Of a stretch of 64,000 nt of DNA, positions 8,191 through 17,179 are shown one piece after another. Made by a program: the position numbers and the translations under genes. This DNA is from Lacunisphaera sp. (GTDB taxonomy: Bacteria; Verrucomicrobiota; Verrucomicrobiia; Opitutales; Opitutaceae), in assembly GCA_035549955.1 (NCBI GenBank), contig DASZPS010000071.1, forward strand, positions 2,840 to 66,839. The letters run 5' to 3'. Under the pieces are notes generated by a model. The model ran no database searches. It saw only the letters and a list, made by a program, of their open reading frames with translations, and was not told the origin of the DNA. Within the stretch, counting starts at the first letter, position 1, and each line of letters starts with the position of its first letter.

Positions 8191-8206
8191 GAGGGGAAAA
8201 TGCCGG

Positions 8207-8251
8207 TAGGGGCGCAGTCTTGCTGCGCCCATTCCGCGCGCAGCGCGGAAT
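8207..8251. repeat. REP-like hairpin (family R half-element) plus a second GC hairpin just after the ytfE stop; possible terminator
   Basis: GTAGGGGCGCAG-tcttg-CTGCGCCC (8207-8230) is identical to the reverse complement of 23256-23280. It is followed by ATTCCGCGC-gca-GCGCGGAAT (8231-8251). Confidence 0.6.
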
Positions 8252-8340
8252 CCCCTGGTTCGCACCCGGTACAAATTTCGCCCGGGAACCGCCAATTCCC
8301 GCGCGACCGGCGGGCTCGAAGTGGCTATAATGGAGGCGTC

Positions 8341-8793
8341 ATGAAAACGATCCTCGTACCCCTCGACCTGTCCGCGGCCGCGGTGCAGGTTTGCGACGCG
8401 GCCTGCGACCTGGCGAAACTCATCGGCGCGCGCCCGATCCTGATCCATATCGTCACGACGCCACCGGTCATCCTGAGCGACGTGTATGCGTTCGATTCGC
8501 GGCAGTTGATGGAGCTGGGAGCCGCGGCGGAAAAGAACGCGACGCGCAAGCTCCGGGCGTTGGCGCGGCGTTGCGCCAAGCGCGGCGCGCGGGTCACCAC
8601 GGTGCAACGCGCCGGGGTGCCGGCGACCGCGATCCTCGCCAAGGCCCGGTCCACGCGAGCCCGGTACATCGTCATGGGCTCCCATGGCCACGGCGCGATG
8701 TACGACCTGCTTGTCGGCAGCACCACCCATGGCGTCTTGAAACAGGCACCCTGCCCGGTGGTCATCGTGCCACCGCTGCGTCGTTCGCGCTGA
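8341..8793 (+). CDS. Universal stress protein (UspA family)
   Basis: It has MKTILVPLDLS at the N-terminus and the Usp signature GSHGHGAMYDLLVGSTTHGVLKQAPCPVVIV at the C-terminus. GGAGG lies 5 nt upstream of the ATG. Confidence 0.9.
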   Translation: MKTILVPLDLSAAAVQVCDAACDLAKLIGARPILIHIVTTPPVILSDVYAFDSRQLMELGAAAEKNATRKLRALARRCAKRGARVTTVQRAGVPATAILAKARSTRARYIVMGSHGHGAMYDLLVGSTTHGVLKQAPCPVVIVPPLRRSR

Positions 8794-8834
8794 AGCCGCC
8801 GGCGAGGGCCGGCGGAGGGAAGACGCAGCCGGGA

Positions 8835-9267
8835 TCAGCCAGCGGAGGTGGAGCGACCTGCTCCCCAGGGCGCTTCTTTCGCAGCGGACGTCATCAGCGC
8901 GTTGGGGAGCCGCTTCCGCCGGCTCAAGGCCCTGAGCTCGTCGAACGGGCAACGCGCTCCACCATTTGGTGCGACCGGTCCCAGTCTGAAAATGGACGTC
9001 AACTCCTGGGAAACAGCGGCGCTGTAGCCCGCATATTTCACACCCAGAGGTGTGAAATATGCGCCCTGTCGGGCCGACCTTGTCGGGGCGCGCCGCGACA
9101 AAGTCGCTCCGCCCGAAGGGCGGACGGACATTTTGCTGATTGGATCGCCCAAGACTGTGAAATGTCCGGGGTAGCCGGCCTCGTTGAGGCCGGTCCGGGG
9201 TCACCGACCCCGGCTACAACCACACCGTTTCTTCCTGACCGCAGCAAAACGTGTTTTGCGGCTTGGG
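8835..9267. repeat. Modular intergenic repeat, family M (modules C-a-b-c)
   Basis: Module a is the hairpin CATATTTCACACC-N5-GGTGTGAAATATG (9030-9062). Modules a+b recur at 49814-49964 and, inverted, at 51377-51527. Module c (9177-9267) recurs inverted at 14642-14732. Module C (8835-9020) recurs at 60860-60932 plus 61111-61165. Confidence 0.8.
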
Positions 9268-9283
9268 ACCGCATGATTCCGGC

Positions 9284-10249
9284 TCAGGCCGCCGCCAGGC
9301 GCGCGCGCGTGGGCGCGCGATCCAGCGAGCTGTGGACCCGGTCGCGGTAGGCCGAGGGGGACTCGCCCGTGATGCGGTGGAACATGCGGTTGAACTGCGA
9401 CAGGGACTGGAAGCCGGCCTCGTAGGCGGCTTCGCTGACCCGCTTGTACGGATCGAGGAGGAGCTGCTTCACCGCTTCGACGCGCATGCGGGAGAGGTAG
9501 TTGGTGAAGGTGAGGCCGGTGCCCTTCTTGAAGTTCTTGCAGAAGTAGAAGGAACTCATCCCGACCGCGCGCGATACCTGATGCAGCGTGAGGTCCTCGC
9601 CGAGGTGCTCGGCGATGAAGGCGCGGGCGCGGCTGATCGCCGGCGCTTCGGTCTGGGCCTGGCGGACCATCAGCTGGTTGCTGAGGGAGGAGAGCTGCTG
9701 GGCGAAGATCTGGAGAAGCTGGAGGATGGAATCGTACTGGTGGCGGCGGATCACGCGGGATTCGCGATAGGCGGCCTCGAGCTGGGCCTGGTCGGCGCCG
9801 GCGTCGATCTCGGCGGCCTGGCGGGCAGCCTTGCGGGCCTCGGCGGTCGTGGCCGGGTTGAAGAGTACCTGGCCGGTTTGGAGATAGGCCACGACCTGGT
9901 CGCCGAGGCGCACCGGCACGGCGGACTCGTGGAGCCCGGCGAAGCAGGCCGACGTGCCGGCGCCGGCGCAGGAGCTGGACTCGAGGCGCTGCTGCATGTT
10001 GAGGCAGGCGGCGCAGGTCTTGTTGCGGGCGGCGATCAGGGCACAGAAGGCGTTGCCGCCCTTGACCCCGGAGAGGCCGCTTTGGAAGGCCCCCGCGGCG
10101 CGGAGGACGAGGGGAAGACCGGTCAGGGCTTGGAAGGCGCGCTGATAGTCGCGGAAGATCTCGGAAGACTGGATGTGGGCGACGAGTTCGTTGCGCTCAC
10201 GCAGCGAGGTCTCGTTGGCTTCTGGAGTTGGGGTGGTCGTGGTTTCCAT
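9284..10249 (-). CDS. AraC-family transcriptional regulator with N-terminal PocR-like sensory domain (paralog 1)
   Basis: The N-terminal half carries a Cys-rich PocR-type pattern (FCALIAARNKTCAACL...CFAGLHESAVPVRLG). The C-terminal half is an AraC HTH (FYFCKNFKKGTGLTFTNYL...ISEAAYEAGFQSLSQFNRMF). It is clearly paralogous to 17180-18097. The start was chosen at the second ATG (10249) by alignment with that paralog. Confidence 0.85.
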   Translation of the reverse strand: METTTTPTPEANETSLRERNELVAHIQSSEIFRDYQRAFQALTGLPLVLRAAGAFQSGLSGVKGGNAFCALIAARNKTCAACLNMQQRLESSSCAGAGTSACFAGLHESAVPVRLGDQVVAYLQTGQVLFNPATTAEARKAARQAAEIDAGADQAQLEAAYRESRVIRRHQYDSILQLLQIFAQQLSSLSNQLMVRQAQTEAPAISRARAFIAEHLGEDLTLHQVSRAVGMSSFYFCKNFKKGTGLTFTNYLSRMRVEAVKQLLLDPYKRVSEAAYEAGFQSLSQFNRMFHRITGESPSAYRDRVHSSLDRAPTRARLAAA

Positions 10250-10482
10250 GGCGCCAGAGTAGCAGGACGCGGGTGTTCGCGTAATTGGCAGGACAGCCAT
10301 ATCCGCCTAGGGAATTCCTTTAGCTGGGTCCGTGGATAGCTGGCAGCGCCGGGTAGGGCAGCGGCGTGGCTTGACCCCACCCGGGCGCGGCCAAGACGCG
10401 CGCCGGCGTTCGACCGAACTTCCCCTCACCCAGCTGCACCCGGGCTTGCCCCGTCCACACCATCTGTTACCAGTGCAAGCCC

Positions 10483-11721
10483 ATGACTGTGCCCAGTTAC
10501 GACAATCTGTCCCGGGAGGAGCTGGTGGAGCGATTGCGTGCCTTGGAACGACCGGATTCCCACGAAACGGAACAGCGCCTGAGCGACACGCTGGACGAGC
10601 TCCGGAACGTCAAGGCCGCGCTGGACGAACACTCCATTGTGGCGATCACGGACGCCTCCGGTCGCATCACCTCGGTTAATGACAAATTTTGCGCGATCTC
10701 GCAGTATGCCCGCGAGGAATTGATCGGGCAGGACCACCGCATCATCAACTCGGGGCACCATTCGAAGGAGTTTTTCCGCACCCTCTGGGGCACGATCGCG
10801 CGGGGGCGCGTCTGGCAGGGAGAAATCCGCAATCGGGCCAAGGACGGAAGCTTCTACTGGGTCGACACCACGATCTTTCCCTTCGTCAACGCCGCCGGCA
10901 AGCCGACCCAGTACGTCGCGATCCGCACCGACATCACGCAGCGCAAGGCCGACGAGCTCCAGCTGCAGCAGTTCGCGTCCGACCTGGCGGAGAAGAACAA
11001 GGAGCTGGAGACGATCGTATACACGGTGTCGCACGATTTGCGCTCGCCCCTGGTCAACGTGCAGGGCTTCAGCCGGCAGTTGAGCCGGGCCTGCGACCGG
11101 CTGCGCCAGGAGGCGGGCGCTGACGGGCAGATCCCGGCCCTCACGGCCAAGCCGGTGCTCGAGCAGGCCATCCCGCAGGCGCTGCGCTTCATCAACGCCG
11201 GTGTCGCCAAGATGGAAATGTTGCTGAACGGCCTGCTCCGGTATTCGCGCCTGGGCCGCGTCGAGCTGAACATCGCGCGCATCGACATGAACGCGCTGCT
11301 CGGCGGGGTCCTCGCCGCCGCCAAATTCCAGCTCGACGAATCCGGCGCGGAGGTCGAACTGGGCCCGCTCCCGCCGGCTCGCGGCGACGCCGCCCAGACG
11401 AGCCAGGTTTTCGCGAACCTGGTCGACAACGCGCTCAAGTACCGCGATCGCGAACGGCCGCTGCGGCTGTCGATCTCCGGCACCGTCGAGGACGGCAAGG
11501 CCGTTTACCGCGTCGCCGACAACGGCATCGGCATCCCGGCGGAACACCAGCCGAAGATCTTCGAAATCTTCCACCGGCTCGACCCCGACACGACCCCGGG
11601 CGAGGGGCTTGGCCTCACCATCGCCCAGCGCGTGCTCGAGCGGCAGAAGGGCCGCTTGTGGGTCGAGAGCAAGGCGGGCGAGGGCTCGACATTTTTCGTC
11701 GCCCTGCCGTATGCTGGCTGA
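10483..11721 (+). CDS. PAS-domain sensor histidine kinase (cytoplasmic)
   Basis: It has a PAS/PAC region ([21 protein letters not shown]...[14 protein letters not shown]), an H-box (VSHDLRSPL), and N/G boxes ([21 protein letters not shown]). No TM segment is visible. Confidence 0.9.
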   Translation: MTVPSYDNLSREELVERLRALERPDSHETEQRLSDTLDELRNVKAALDEHSIVAITDASGRITSVNDKFCAISQYAREELIGQDHRIINSGHHSKEFFRTLWGTIARGRVWQGEIRNRAKDGSFYWVDTTIFPFVNAAGKPTQYVAIRTDITQRKADELQLQQFASDLAEKNKELETIVYTVSHDLRSPLVNVQGFSRQLSRACDRLRQEAGADGQIPALTAKPVLEQAIPQALRFINAGVAKMEMLLNGLLRYSRLGRVELNIARIDMNALLGGVLAAAKFQLDESGAEVELGPLPPARGDAAQTSQVFANLVDNALKYRDRERPLRLSISGTVEDGKAVYRVADNGIGIPAEHQPKIFEIFHRLDPDTTPGEGLGLTIAQRVLERQKGRLWVESKAGEGSTFFVALPYAG

Positions 11722-11734
11722 ATCCCACGCACCC

Positions 11735-12175
11735 ATGACTGCAGCACCCAAGATCGTAATCATCGAGGATGACGAAGGCCACGCCATCCTCGTCCGGCAG
11801 AACCTGGAGGCGGCCGGCCTCGACAATGAATTCCTGCATTTCCGCGACGGGCAGGCGGCCCTGGATTTCTTCTTCAAGGGCGGGAAGGCCGCCCCGGCGC
11901 TCGGGCAGCACTCCTACCTGATCCTCCTCGACATCCGCATGCCCAAGGTCGACGGGATCGAAGTCCTCCGCCGCCTGAAATCGGATTCCGAGCTGCACAA
12001 ACTTCCGGTCATCATGCTGACCACCACGGACGACGCCCGCGAAGTGGAGCGCTGCCACCAGCTCGGCTGCAACGTGTACATCCAGAAGCCCGTGGATTAC
12101 GACAAGTTCACGGAAGCGATCCGGCGGCTGGGTCTGTTTGTGACGCTGCTGCTGCTGCCTTCCGTCAAGTCCTGA
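11735..12175 (+). CDS. Single-domain response regulator (CheY-like receiver)
   Basis: Receiver motifs are present (IVIIEDDEGH, LILLDIRMPKVDG, VIMLTT, YIQKP). There is no output domain. An alternative start at 11711 overlaps the kinase stop. Confidence 0.85.
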   Translation: MTAAPKIVIIEDDEGHAILVRQNLEAAGLDNEFLHFRDGQAALDFFFKGGKAAPALGQHSYLILLDIRMPKVDGIEVLRRLKSDSELHKLPVIMLTTTDDAREVERCHQLGCNVYIQKPVDYDKFTEAIRRLGLFVTLLLLPSVKS

Positions 12176-12181
12176 CCGGCT

Positions 12182-13240
12182 GTGGGCGCCCGTAACACCA
12201 AGCCCAAGGCCTCGCTGCTGGTGGTCGACGACGATGAGGGCCTGCTTGCGCTGATGTCGGGCACGCTCGAGGAGGCAGGCTACGCCGTGCGGGGGGCGGG
12301 CGGCGGCGCCGCCACGTTGAAGGCGATGGACGCGTCCCTGCCGGACCTGCTGCTGCTCGACCTGAAATTAAAGGACATGGGCGGCCGGGAGTTGCTCCGA
12401 CGCCTGCGGGAGGCCGGGCGGAACGTCCCGTTCATCGTCATCACGGGCCAGGGCGACGAAAAGGTCGCGGTCGAGCTGATGCGCGAGGGCGCGCTCGATT
12501 ATGTGAGCAAGGACACCGGTTTGCTGGACCTGCTGCCCAACATCGTCGAGCGCGCGTTTCGCACGATCCAGGCGTCCGCGGCCCTGCAGGCGGAGATTCG
12601 CGAGCGCCGCCGGCTGGAGAAGGAGATCCTCGAGGTCAGCGAGAACGAGCAGCGCCGGATCGGCCAGGACCTGCATGACGGCCTGGGCCAGCAGCTCACG
12701 GCGATTGAATTCATGTGCCAGTCGCTGGTGGGCGACCTGGAAAAATCCAACCCGCAGATTGCCCCGCGCCTCGCGCGGATCGCGGCGTTCCTGCGCGAGG
12801 CCATTTCCCAGACGCGGGCGCTGGCGCACAGCATGGCCAAGTTCCAGCTGGATGCCAACGGGCTGCGCGCCGCACTCGAGGAATTGGTGGAGCAGGCGGG
12901 GCATACCGGTTCGCTCCGCGCCCATTTCGCCTGTCCCGAGGCCATCGTTCTCCCCGACGGCGACGTGGCCCTGCAGCTCTACCGGATCACCCAGGAGGCG
13001 CTGCAGAATGTCATCCGCCACAGCAAGGCGCGGGAGGTAACGGTCTCGGTGCGGCGCGACGCGGCGGGCTTGGAGTTGTTGATCTCGGACAATGGGATCG
13101 GCTATGCCGCCCGGGACTCGGCCGGCATGGGGCTGCGCGTCATGCGGCACCGGGCCAGCGTGGCCGGGGGCAAGCTGGAGGTGGGTCCGGGTCCGAAAGG
13201 CGGCACCGTGGTGCGTTGCCTGCTGCTTCCTGCGCCATGA
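12182..13240 (+). CDS. Receiver-fused histidine kinase (REC + HisKA_3 + HATPase_c; NarX/DegS-type core, no TM)
   Basis: It has an N-terminal receiver (LLVVDDDEG, LLLLDLKLKDMGG), a HisKA_3 H-box (RIGQDLHDGLGQQL), and an ATPase domain (QEALQNVIRHSKA, DNGIGY, GMGLRVMRHRA). A GTG start is inferred. Confidence 0.85.
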   Translation: MGARNTKPKASLLVVDDDEGLLALMSGTLEEAGYAVRGAGGGAATLKAMDASLPDLLLLDLKLKDMGGRELLRRLREAGRNVPFIVITGQGDEKVAVELMREGALDYVSKDTGLLDLLPNIVERAFRTIQASAALQAEIRERRRLEKEILEVSENEQRRIGQDLHDGLGQQLTAIEFMCQSLVGDLEKSNPQIAPRLARIAAFLREAISQTRALAHSMAKFQLDANGLRAALEELVEQAGHTGSLRAHFACPEAIVLPDGDVALQLYRITQEALQNVIRHSKAREVTVSVRRDAAGLELLISDNGIGYAARDSAGMGLRVMRHRASVAGGKLEVGPGPKGGTVVRCLLLPAP

Positions 13241-13929
13241 AACGGTCCCGCCCCGAGCCTCCGGCGCCGCCGCCCCGCAAACGGATCCTGATTGTGGACG
13301 ATCATCCGTTTATGCGGGCCGGCATAGCCCAGCTCATCGACCGCCAGGCCGAACTGTGCGCCGCGGGCGAGGCCGGCAATCCGGCCGAGGCCCTGCAGCG
13401 GCTCGCGGCGGGGAACATCGATCTGTTGCTGACGGACATGACGATGCCCGGCCGCAGCGGGTTCGAGTTCATGAAGGACGTGCACGCCCTGTACCCGACG
13501 CTGCCGGTCCTGGTGGTTTCGATGCATGACGAGACGGTTTACGCCGAGCGGGCCCTGCGCGCGGGCGCACGTGGATATATCATGAAGGAGGCCGGGGGCG
13601 AGGCCTTGCTCGCGGCCATCCGCCAGATTCTCGCCGGCTACGTTTACGTGAGTCCCAAGATGTCCGCGTTGCTGCTCGACAGTTTTTCCGGACGCAAGGC
13701 GCGCGACTCGAAGTCGCCGTTCGGCCTGTTGACGGACCGGGAATTTGAAATCTACCAGTTGATCGGGAAGGGCAGGAACACGCGTGAAATCGCCGCCCAG
13801 CTCGGGCTCAGCACGAAGACCGTCGACGTCCATCGGAGCAACCTGAAGTCCAAGCTCGGCGTCAAGGACATGACCGCGCTGGTCCGTCACGCCGTGCACT
13901 GGCTGGAGACGCAGGGCGGACCGGGCTAG
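13237..13929 (+). CDS. NarL/FixJ-family response regulator (REC + LuxR HTH)
   Basis: It has a receiver (ILIVDDHPFMR, LLLTDMTMPG, VVSMH) and a LuxR/GerE HTH (LTDREFEIYQLIGKGRNTREIAAQLGLSTKTVDVHRSNLKSKLG). Its ATG overlaps the upstream kinase stop (ATGA). Confidence 0.9.
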   Translation: MKRSRPEPPAPPPRKRILIVDDHPFMRAGIAQLIDRQAELCAAGEAGNPAEALQRLAAGNIDLLLTDMTMPGRSGFEFMKDVHALYPTLPVLVVSMHDETVYAERALRAGARGYIMKEAGGEALLAAIRQILAGYVYVSPKMSALLLDSFSGRKARDSKSPFGLLTDREFEIYQLIGKGRNTREIAAQLGLSTKTVDVHRSNLKSKLGVKDMTALVRHAVHWLETQGGPG

Positions 13930-14146
13930 GCGTGAGGTTGAGAGCTCCAAAATAGGAGTGGCGTTGGGCAGGGCCCGACCACCGGGCGGGCCGGAGATCA
14001 TGCCGCCAACCGGGCCGCGCGGAGATCGGCTCCCGCCGCCTCGGCGGGCAAGGCGCGGGTTTGCTCCATCCCGTTTCGCCAAGAAAGGAGCAGTTTCTGG
14101 CAAGGTCAGGGCGGCGCGAAGAGGGGAATTGGGCGACCATTTCAGG

Positions 14147-14518
14147 GTGAGAGGATCCTTTTTTGTCACCGCGAACCGCCGGACCTGGCAGCGCCAGCGA
14201 CGGACGCTGCTCGCGCTGCGCCGCCATTTGCTCCAGGAGCACCTGGCGCGGATGCGCGCGTATTTTGCCGGGGCGGAGGCGCAGGCCGAAGGGCGACGTG
14301 CGCCAGAGGAGATCACTTTTGTCGCAACCCTGCTGGCGGACGAACCGGACGCCTTGCGGGAGATCCTGGATGCGCTGGATCGTATTGACCGCGGCACGTA
14401 CGGGCGCTGTGAAGCGACCGGGGAAACCATCCCGGCGGTGCGCCTGCGCGCCGTGCCTTGGACGCGTTTCGCCCGGGAAACGCCGGCGGCGGCCGGTTGG
14501 GCACCGGCGGCGCACTAG
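14147..14518 (+). CDS. DksA/TraR-like protein with degenerate zinc finger
   Basis: The C-terminus ILDALDRIDRGTYGRCEATGETIPAVRLRAVPWTRF matches the DksA/TraR finger region, but only one of the four canonical Cys is retained. The start is uncertain: GTG at 14147 was chosen, and the ORF is open from 13958. Confidence 0.5.
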   Translation: MRGSFFVTANRRTWQRQRRTLLALRRHLLQEHLARMRAYFAGAEAQAEGRRAPEEITFVATLLADEPDALREILDALDRIDRGTYGRCEATGETIPAVRLRAVPWTRFARETPAAAGWAPAAH

Positions 14519-14760
14519 CCCGGACATTTCACAGTCCTCCATGCGCGACCGACACGCCCCGGCGCTGCGCGCCACCCCTCTCCTAGAGGGGAATCCAAGC
14601 CTGCGCAGCCGAAGTCCCCTCTTCATCCGGAACGATTCAGCCCCAAGCCGCAAAACACGTTTTGCTCCGGTCAGGAAGAAACGGTGTGGTTGTAGCCGGG
14701 GTCGGTGACCCCGGACCGGCCTCAGCGAGGCCGGCTACAGCGCCGCTGTTTCCTGGGAGC
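14516..14760. repeat. Modular intergenic repeat, family M (inverted relative to 8835-9267; modules b-end, d, c, C-start)
   Basis: 14642-14732 is the reverse complement of 9177-9267, with about 2 mismatches in 91 nt by manual alignment. 14538-14638 carries the CCCCTC..GAGGGG hairpin module, which is also seen at 29660-29790 and 60960-61090. Confidence 0.8.
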
Positions 14761-15007
14761 AGAAGGTGGAGCGACTTAACCCCAAGGCGCTGGCTCGGAG
14801 CGGCTTCGCTGCTAGGCGCTGAGGTCAGCGCGTTCCATCTTTTGGTGGTCGGTGATTTCCATATCGCCGACAAGGACTCACGCGGCGTGCGAACCGGGCG
14901 TCGGGGTGGAAACCGACGCCCACCTACTGAATGGATCCGGATGAAGTGGGTCGTGCGCAGCGCCGGGGTGGGTCGGTTGCGCATGGACGACGGTGGGAAA
15001 GTGCGGC

Positions 15008-15700
15008 TTAGGCGGGCGGGCTGGTTCCGGCCCCGGATTCCCGGATCAGCTGGGCGCAATGCGTGACGGCGATATCGGTCGCCAGGTGCAGCTTGTCGCG
15101 GAGGGCGGCAGTGATTTCCGCCACGCGAGCGGCGGTGAGCCCGAGCGTATCGGCAATGATGGCCGGCGCAACCCCGCGGCCCGTCAGGGTGAAGACCAGC
15201 CGTTCCTCCTCGTTGAGCGGGACGGACGGCGCACCGCCCGACACGGCGAATTGGCGCAGGAGGGTTGGCCGGACGCGGTCCGCATACGCCAGCCCGCCCG
15301 CGAGTACGCGGCACACCGCCGCCATCAGGCAGGTGTAGCCTTCGCCCTTCATCACATAGCCGGCGGCGCCGCACCGAAAAACCCGCGGGGCATGGATGGC
15401 TTCGCTGTGCATGGAAAACACGAGCAGCGGAATCGCGGGATGGCGGCTGCAAGCCATCTCGATGAAGGCAAAGCCCTGGTCGTTGCCCAGCGACAGGTCC
15501 GTGATGATGATGTGGGGGGCGGCCTTCTCGAGCTGGCGCAGGGCGCCCGCCATCGTCGAACAGGCGGCGCAGACGCACAGGTGCTTCGTGCGGTTGATGC
15601 TTTCCACGAGGCTTTCCCTCATCACGGGATGGTCCTCCACGACGAGGACTCGCTGGCGCACGCGCGCGGCGGACGCGGCGGGGGGAGGGGCTTTGCGCAT
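15008..15700 (-). CDS. NarL/FixJ-family response regulator (REC + LuxR HTH), orphan
   Basis: It has a receiver (VLVVEDHPVMRE, IIITDLSLGND, LVFSMH) and a LuxR-type HTH (LNEEERLVFTLTGRGVAPAIIADTLGLTAARVAEITAALRDKL). The start was set at the internal ATG (15700). Confidence 0.8.
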   Translation of the reverse strand: MRKAPPPAASAARVRQRVLVVEDHPVMRESLVESINRTKHLCVCAACSTMAGALRQLEKAAPHIIITDLSLGNDQGFAFIEMACSRHPAIPLLVFSMHSEAIHAPRVFRCGAAGYVMKGEGYTCLMAAVCRVLAGGLAYADRVRPTLLRQFAVSGGAPSVPLNEEERLVFTLTGRGVAPAIIADTLGLTAARVAEITAALRDKLHLATDIAVTHCAQLIRESGAGTSPPA

Positions 15701-15926
15701 GACGGAAACCGGTGGGCCTGGGGGTTGGTTCACCCTAGCAGGCAGCCCGGGCCCCGCCGTGCGTCCCTTGGCGAAGGTCGGGCGTAATTTGTTACCCATG
15801 AGTCACACCGCCCGGCGTCATCCCCGGGGCGCCGGAGCCGGCCTTTCCGCGACAAGAAGCGAGCCAGATTGGTCAAGTGACGCGCAGAACCGGGCGGAAG
15901 CATGCGCTAGGATTGCGGCCATCTTC

Positions 15927-16358
15927 ATGACACCCACGATCGAGATCCAATACCAGGATTTGCCGTCCTCGCCGGCGCTGACCCTGCTGATTCAGACGGA
16001 GATCGAGCGGCTGGCCCGGCATCATGCCGGACTGCGGCATTGTCGGGTGATGATTGAACGGGCCCACCACCAACCGCGGCCGGACCATCGCATTCACGTG
16101 GCCCTCGCGCTGGTGACGGACGACGGCGAGTTGATCGTCAACCACGAGCCCTCCTCGCGGGCGCCCTTGGTTGACTCCGACCTGCTCCATCCCGGCAAGG
16201 CGGAGGAGTCCCACGGTTCGCCGGGCAATGCTTACAGCACCGTCCGCGACGCCTTTGAGGCGGCGCGCCGCCAGCTGACCGAGCAGCGCCGCCGCCAGCG
16301 CGCGCACCGGCATCGCGACGACGCCGGGGACTTGCCGGCCGCCATCGCGGGAGCCTGA
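15927..16358 (+). CDS. Ribosome hibernation/HPF-YfiA (S30AE) family protein
   Basis: The pattern IEIQYQDLPSSPALTLLIQTEIERLARHH...HVALALVTDDGELIVNHE...AYSTVRDAFEAARRQL follows the short HPF/RaiA layout. Confidence 0.65.
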   Translation: MTPTIEIQYQDLPSSPALTLLIQTEIERLARHHAGLRHCRVMIERAHHQPRPDHRIHVALALVTDDGELIVNHEPSSRAPLVDSDLLHPGKAEESHGSPGNAYSTVRDAFEAARRQLTEQRRRQRAHRHRDDAGDLPAAIAGA

Positions 16359-16476
16359 AACCCGCGCCCGGCGCGATCGGAATTTCCCCCGGGCCGGCGC
16401 ACGCATTCGCGTCGAAACCGCCGGCGTCGATCCGCTGCGGCGACCTCGCCGTGACCCCACGCGGCGCCGAATCGCT

Positions 16477-16944
16477 TCAGGCCCCGGCTGGGGAGTCAAC
16501 CGCGGGCGAGGATGGGCCGGATGGCGGGGGGCAGCGATCGGAAGTCCCGCGATACACGCAGGTCGAGCAGAACATTTCGCATTCATGCCGGGCCAGCGCG
16601 TGGAAGCGACGCAGCATTTCCTCGTGGTCGACCTCGGGCTTTTCCCCGAGGGCGTGGCGCAACGCCTGTTCGCCGGCGGCAAAATACCGCTGCATCGGGT
16701 CCAGCCCGCAGGCACAATGGCTGTGCACGGGACCGACCAGTGGCCGGCAGCCTTCCGGCCAATCCGCGGTCGCGTGGCCGGAAAGGCCCCGCAGCAACTG
16801 CATGAGCGTGCCTTCGACCAGAAACCCGACCGTGTCCTGGCGGCCGAGGGCGGAGAGCGGGGGTTCGTCCGCCAGTCGCCGCACCCATTCGAGTTTGATC
16901 GGGGCAAAATGATCGACCAGCGTTCGGCCCAACGCGGAATTCAT
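16477..16944 (-). CDS. Small Cys-pair protein, paralog 2 (uncharacterised family)
   Basis: 155 aa. Conserved blocks are shared with 3781-4227 and 18083-18535 (KLEWVRRL..EPPLSALGRQDTVGFL..TL.QL; HCACGLDPMQRYF..GEQAL; ECEMFCSTCVY). It is divergent from the PocR-AraC gene at 17180. Confidence 0.65.
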   Translation of the reverse strand: MNSALGRTLVDHFAPIKLEWVRRLADEPPLSALGRQDTVGFLVEGTLMQLLRGLSGHATADWPEGCRPLVGPVHSHCACGLDPMQRYFAAGEQALRHALGEKPEVDHEEMLRRFHALARHECEMFCSTCVYRGTSDRCPPPSGPSSPAVDSPAGA

Positions 16945-17179
16945 GCTGCTAATCTTTCATTAATTTGCGCCCGCCGCAGTGCATGAATTGCCATAGGCCG
17001 GTCATTTGTTGCGATGTGGCACGGCGGCGCATTCCGGGGCGTCGGGGGCCGGCCGGTTCCCTGCCGGTGCGATGCACCGCTAGAACTTTTACTGCTGAGG
17101 TGCTGCAGTCCGGCTGGATAACGTCGCGCGGGGCCCGAACGGATTTGCGCTCCCGGTGGGCGGCCGCTTGACTGGCCGC

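Noticed and set aside
8326-8336. TATAAT followed by GGAGG immediately upstream of the USP ATG, as a -10 element
   Set aside because: A -10 at this position would start the mRNA downstream of the GGAGG, so the two signals are mutually exclusive. I cannot decide between a leaderless promoter and a plain SD context from sequence alone.
8835-8960. Repeat module C read as a small protein (…CPFDELRALSRRKRLPNAL…, second copy …CPFDELRFLSLPKRLLNAL… at ~60870-60945), vaguely reminiscent of an RNA polymerase alpha-CTD helix-hairpin-helix
   Set aside because: The spacing of the would-be motif residues does not match the alpha-CTD pattern when aligned. The copies lack a common start codon, and one is interrupted by the MITE-like insert. 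It is treated as non-coding repeat.
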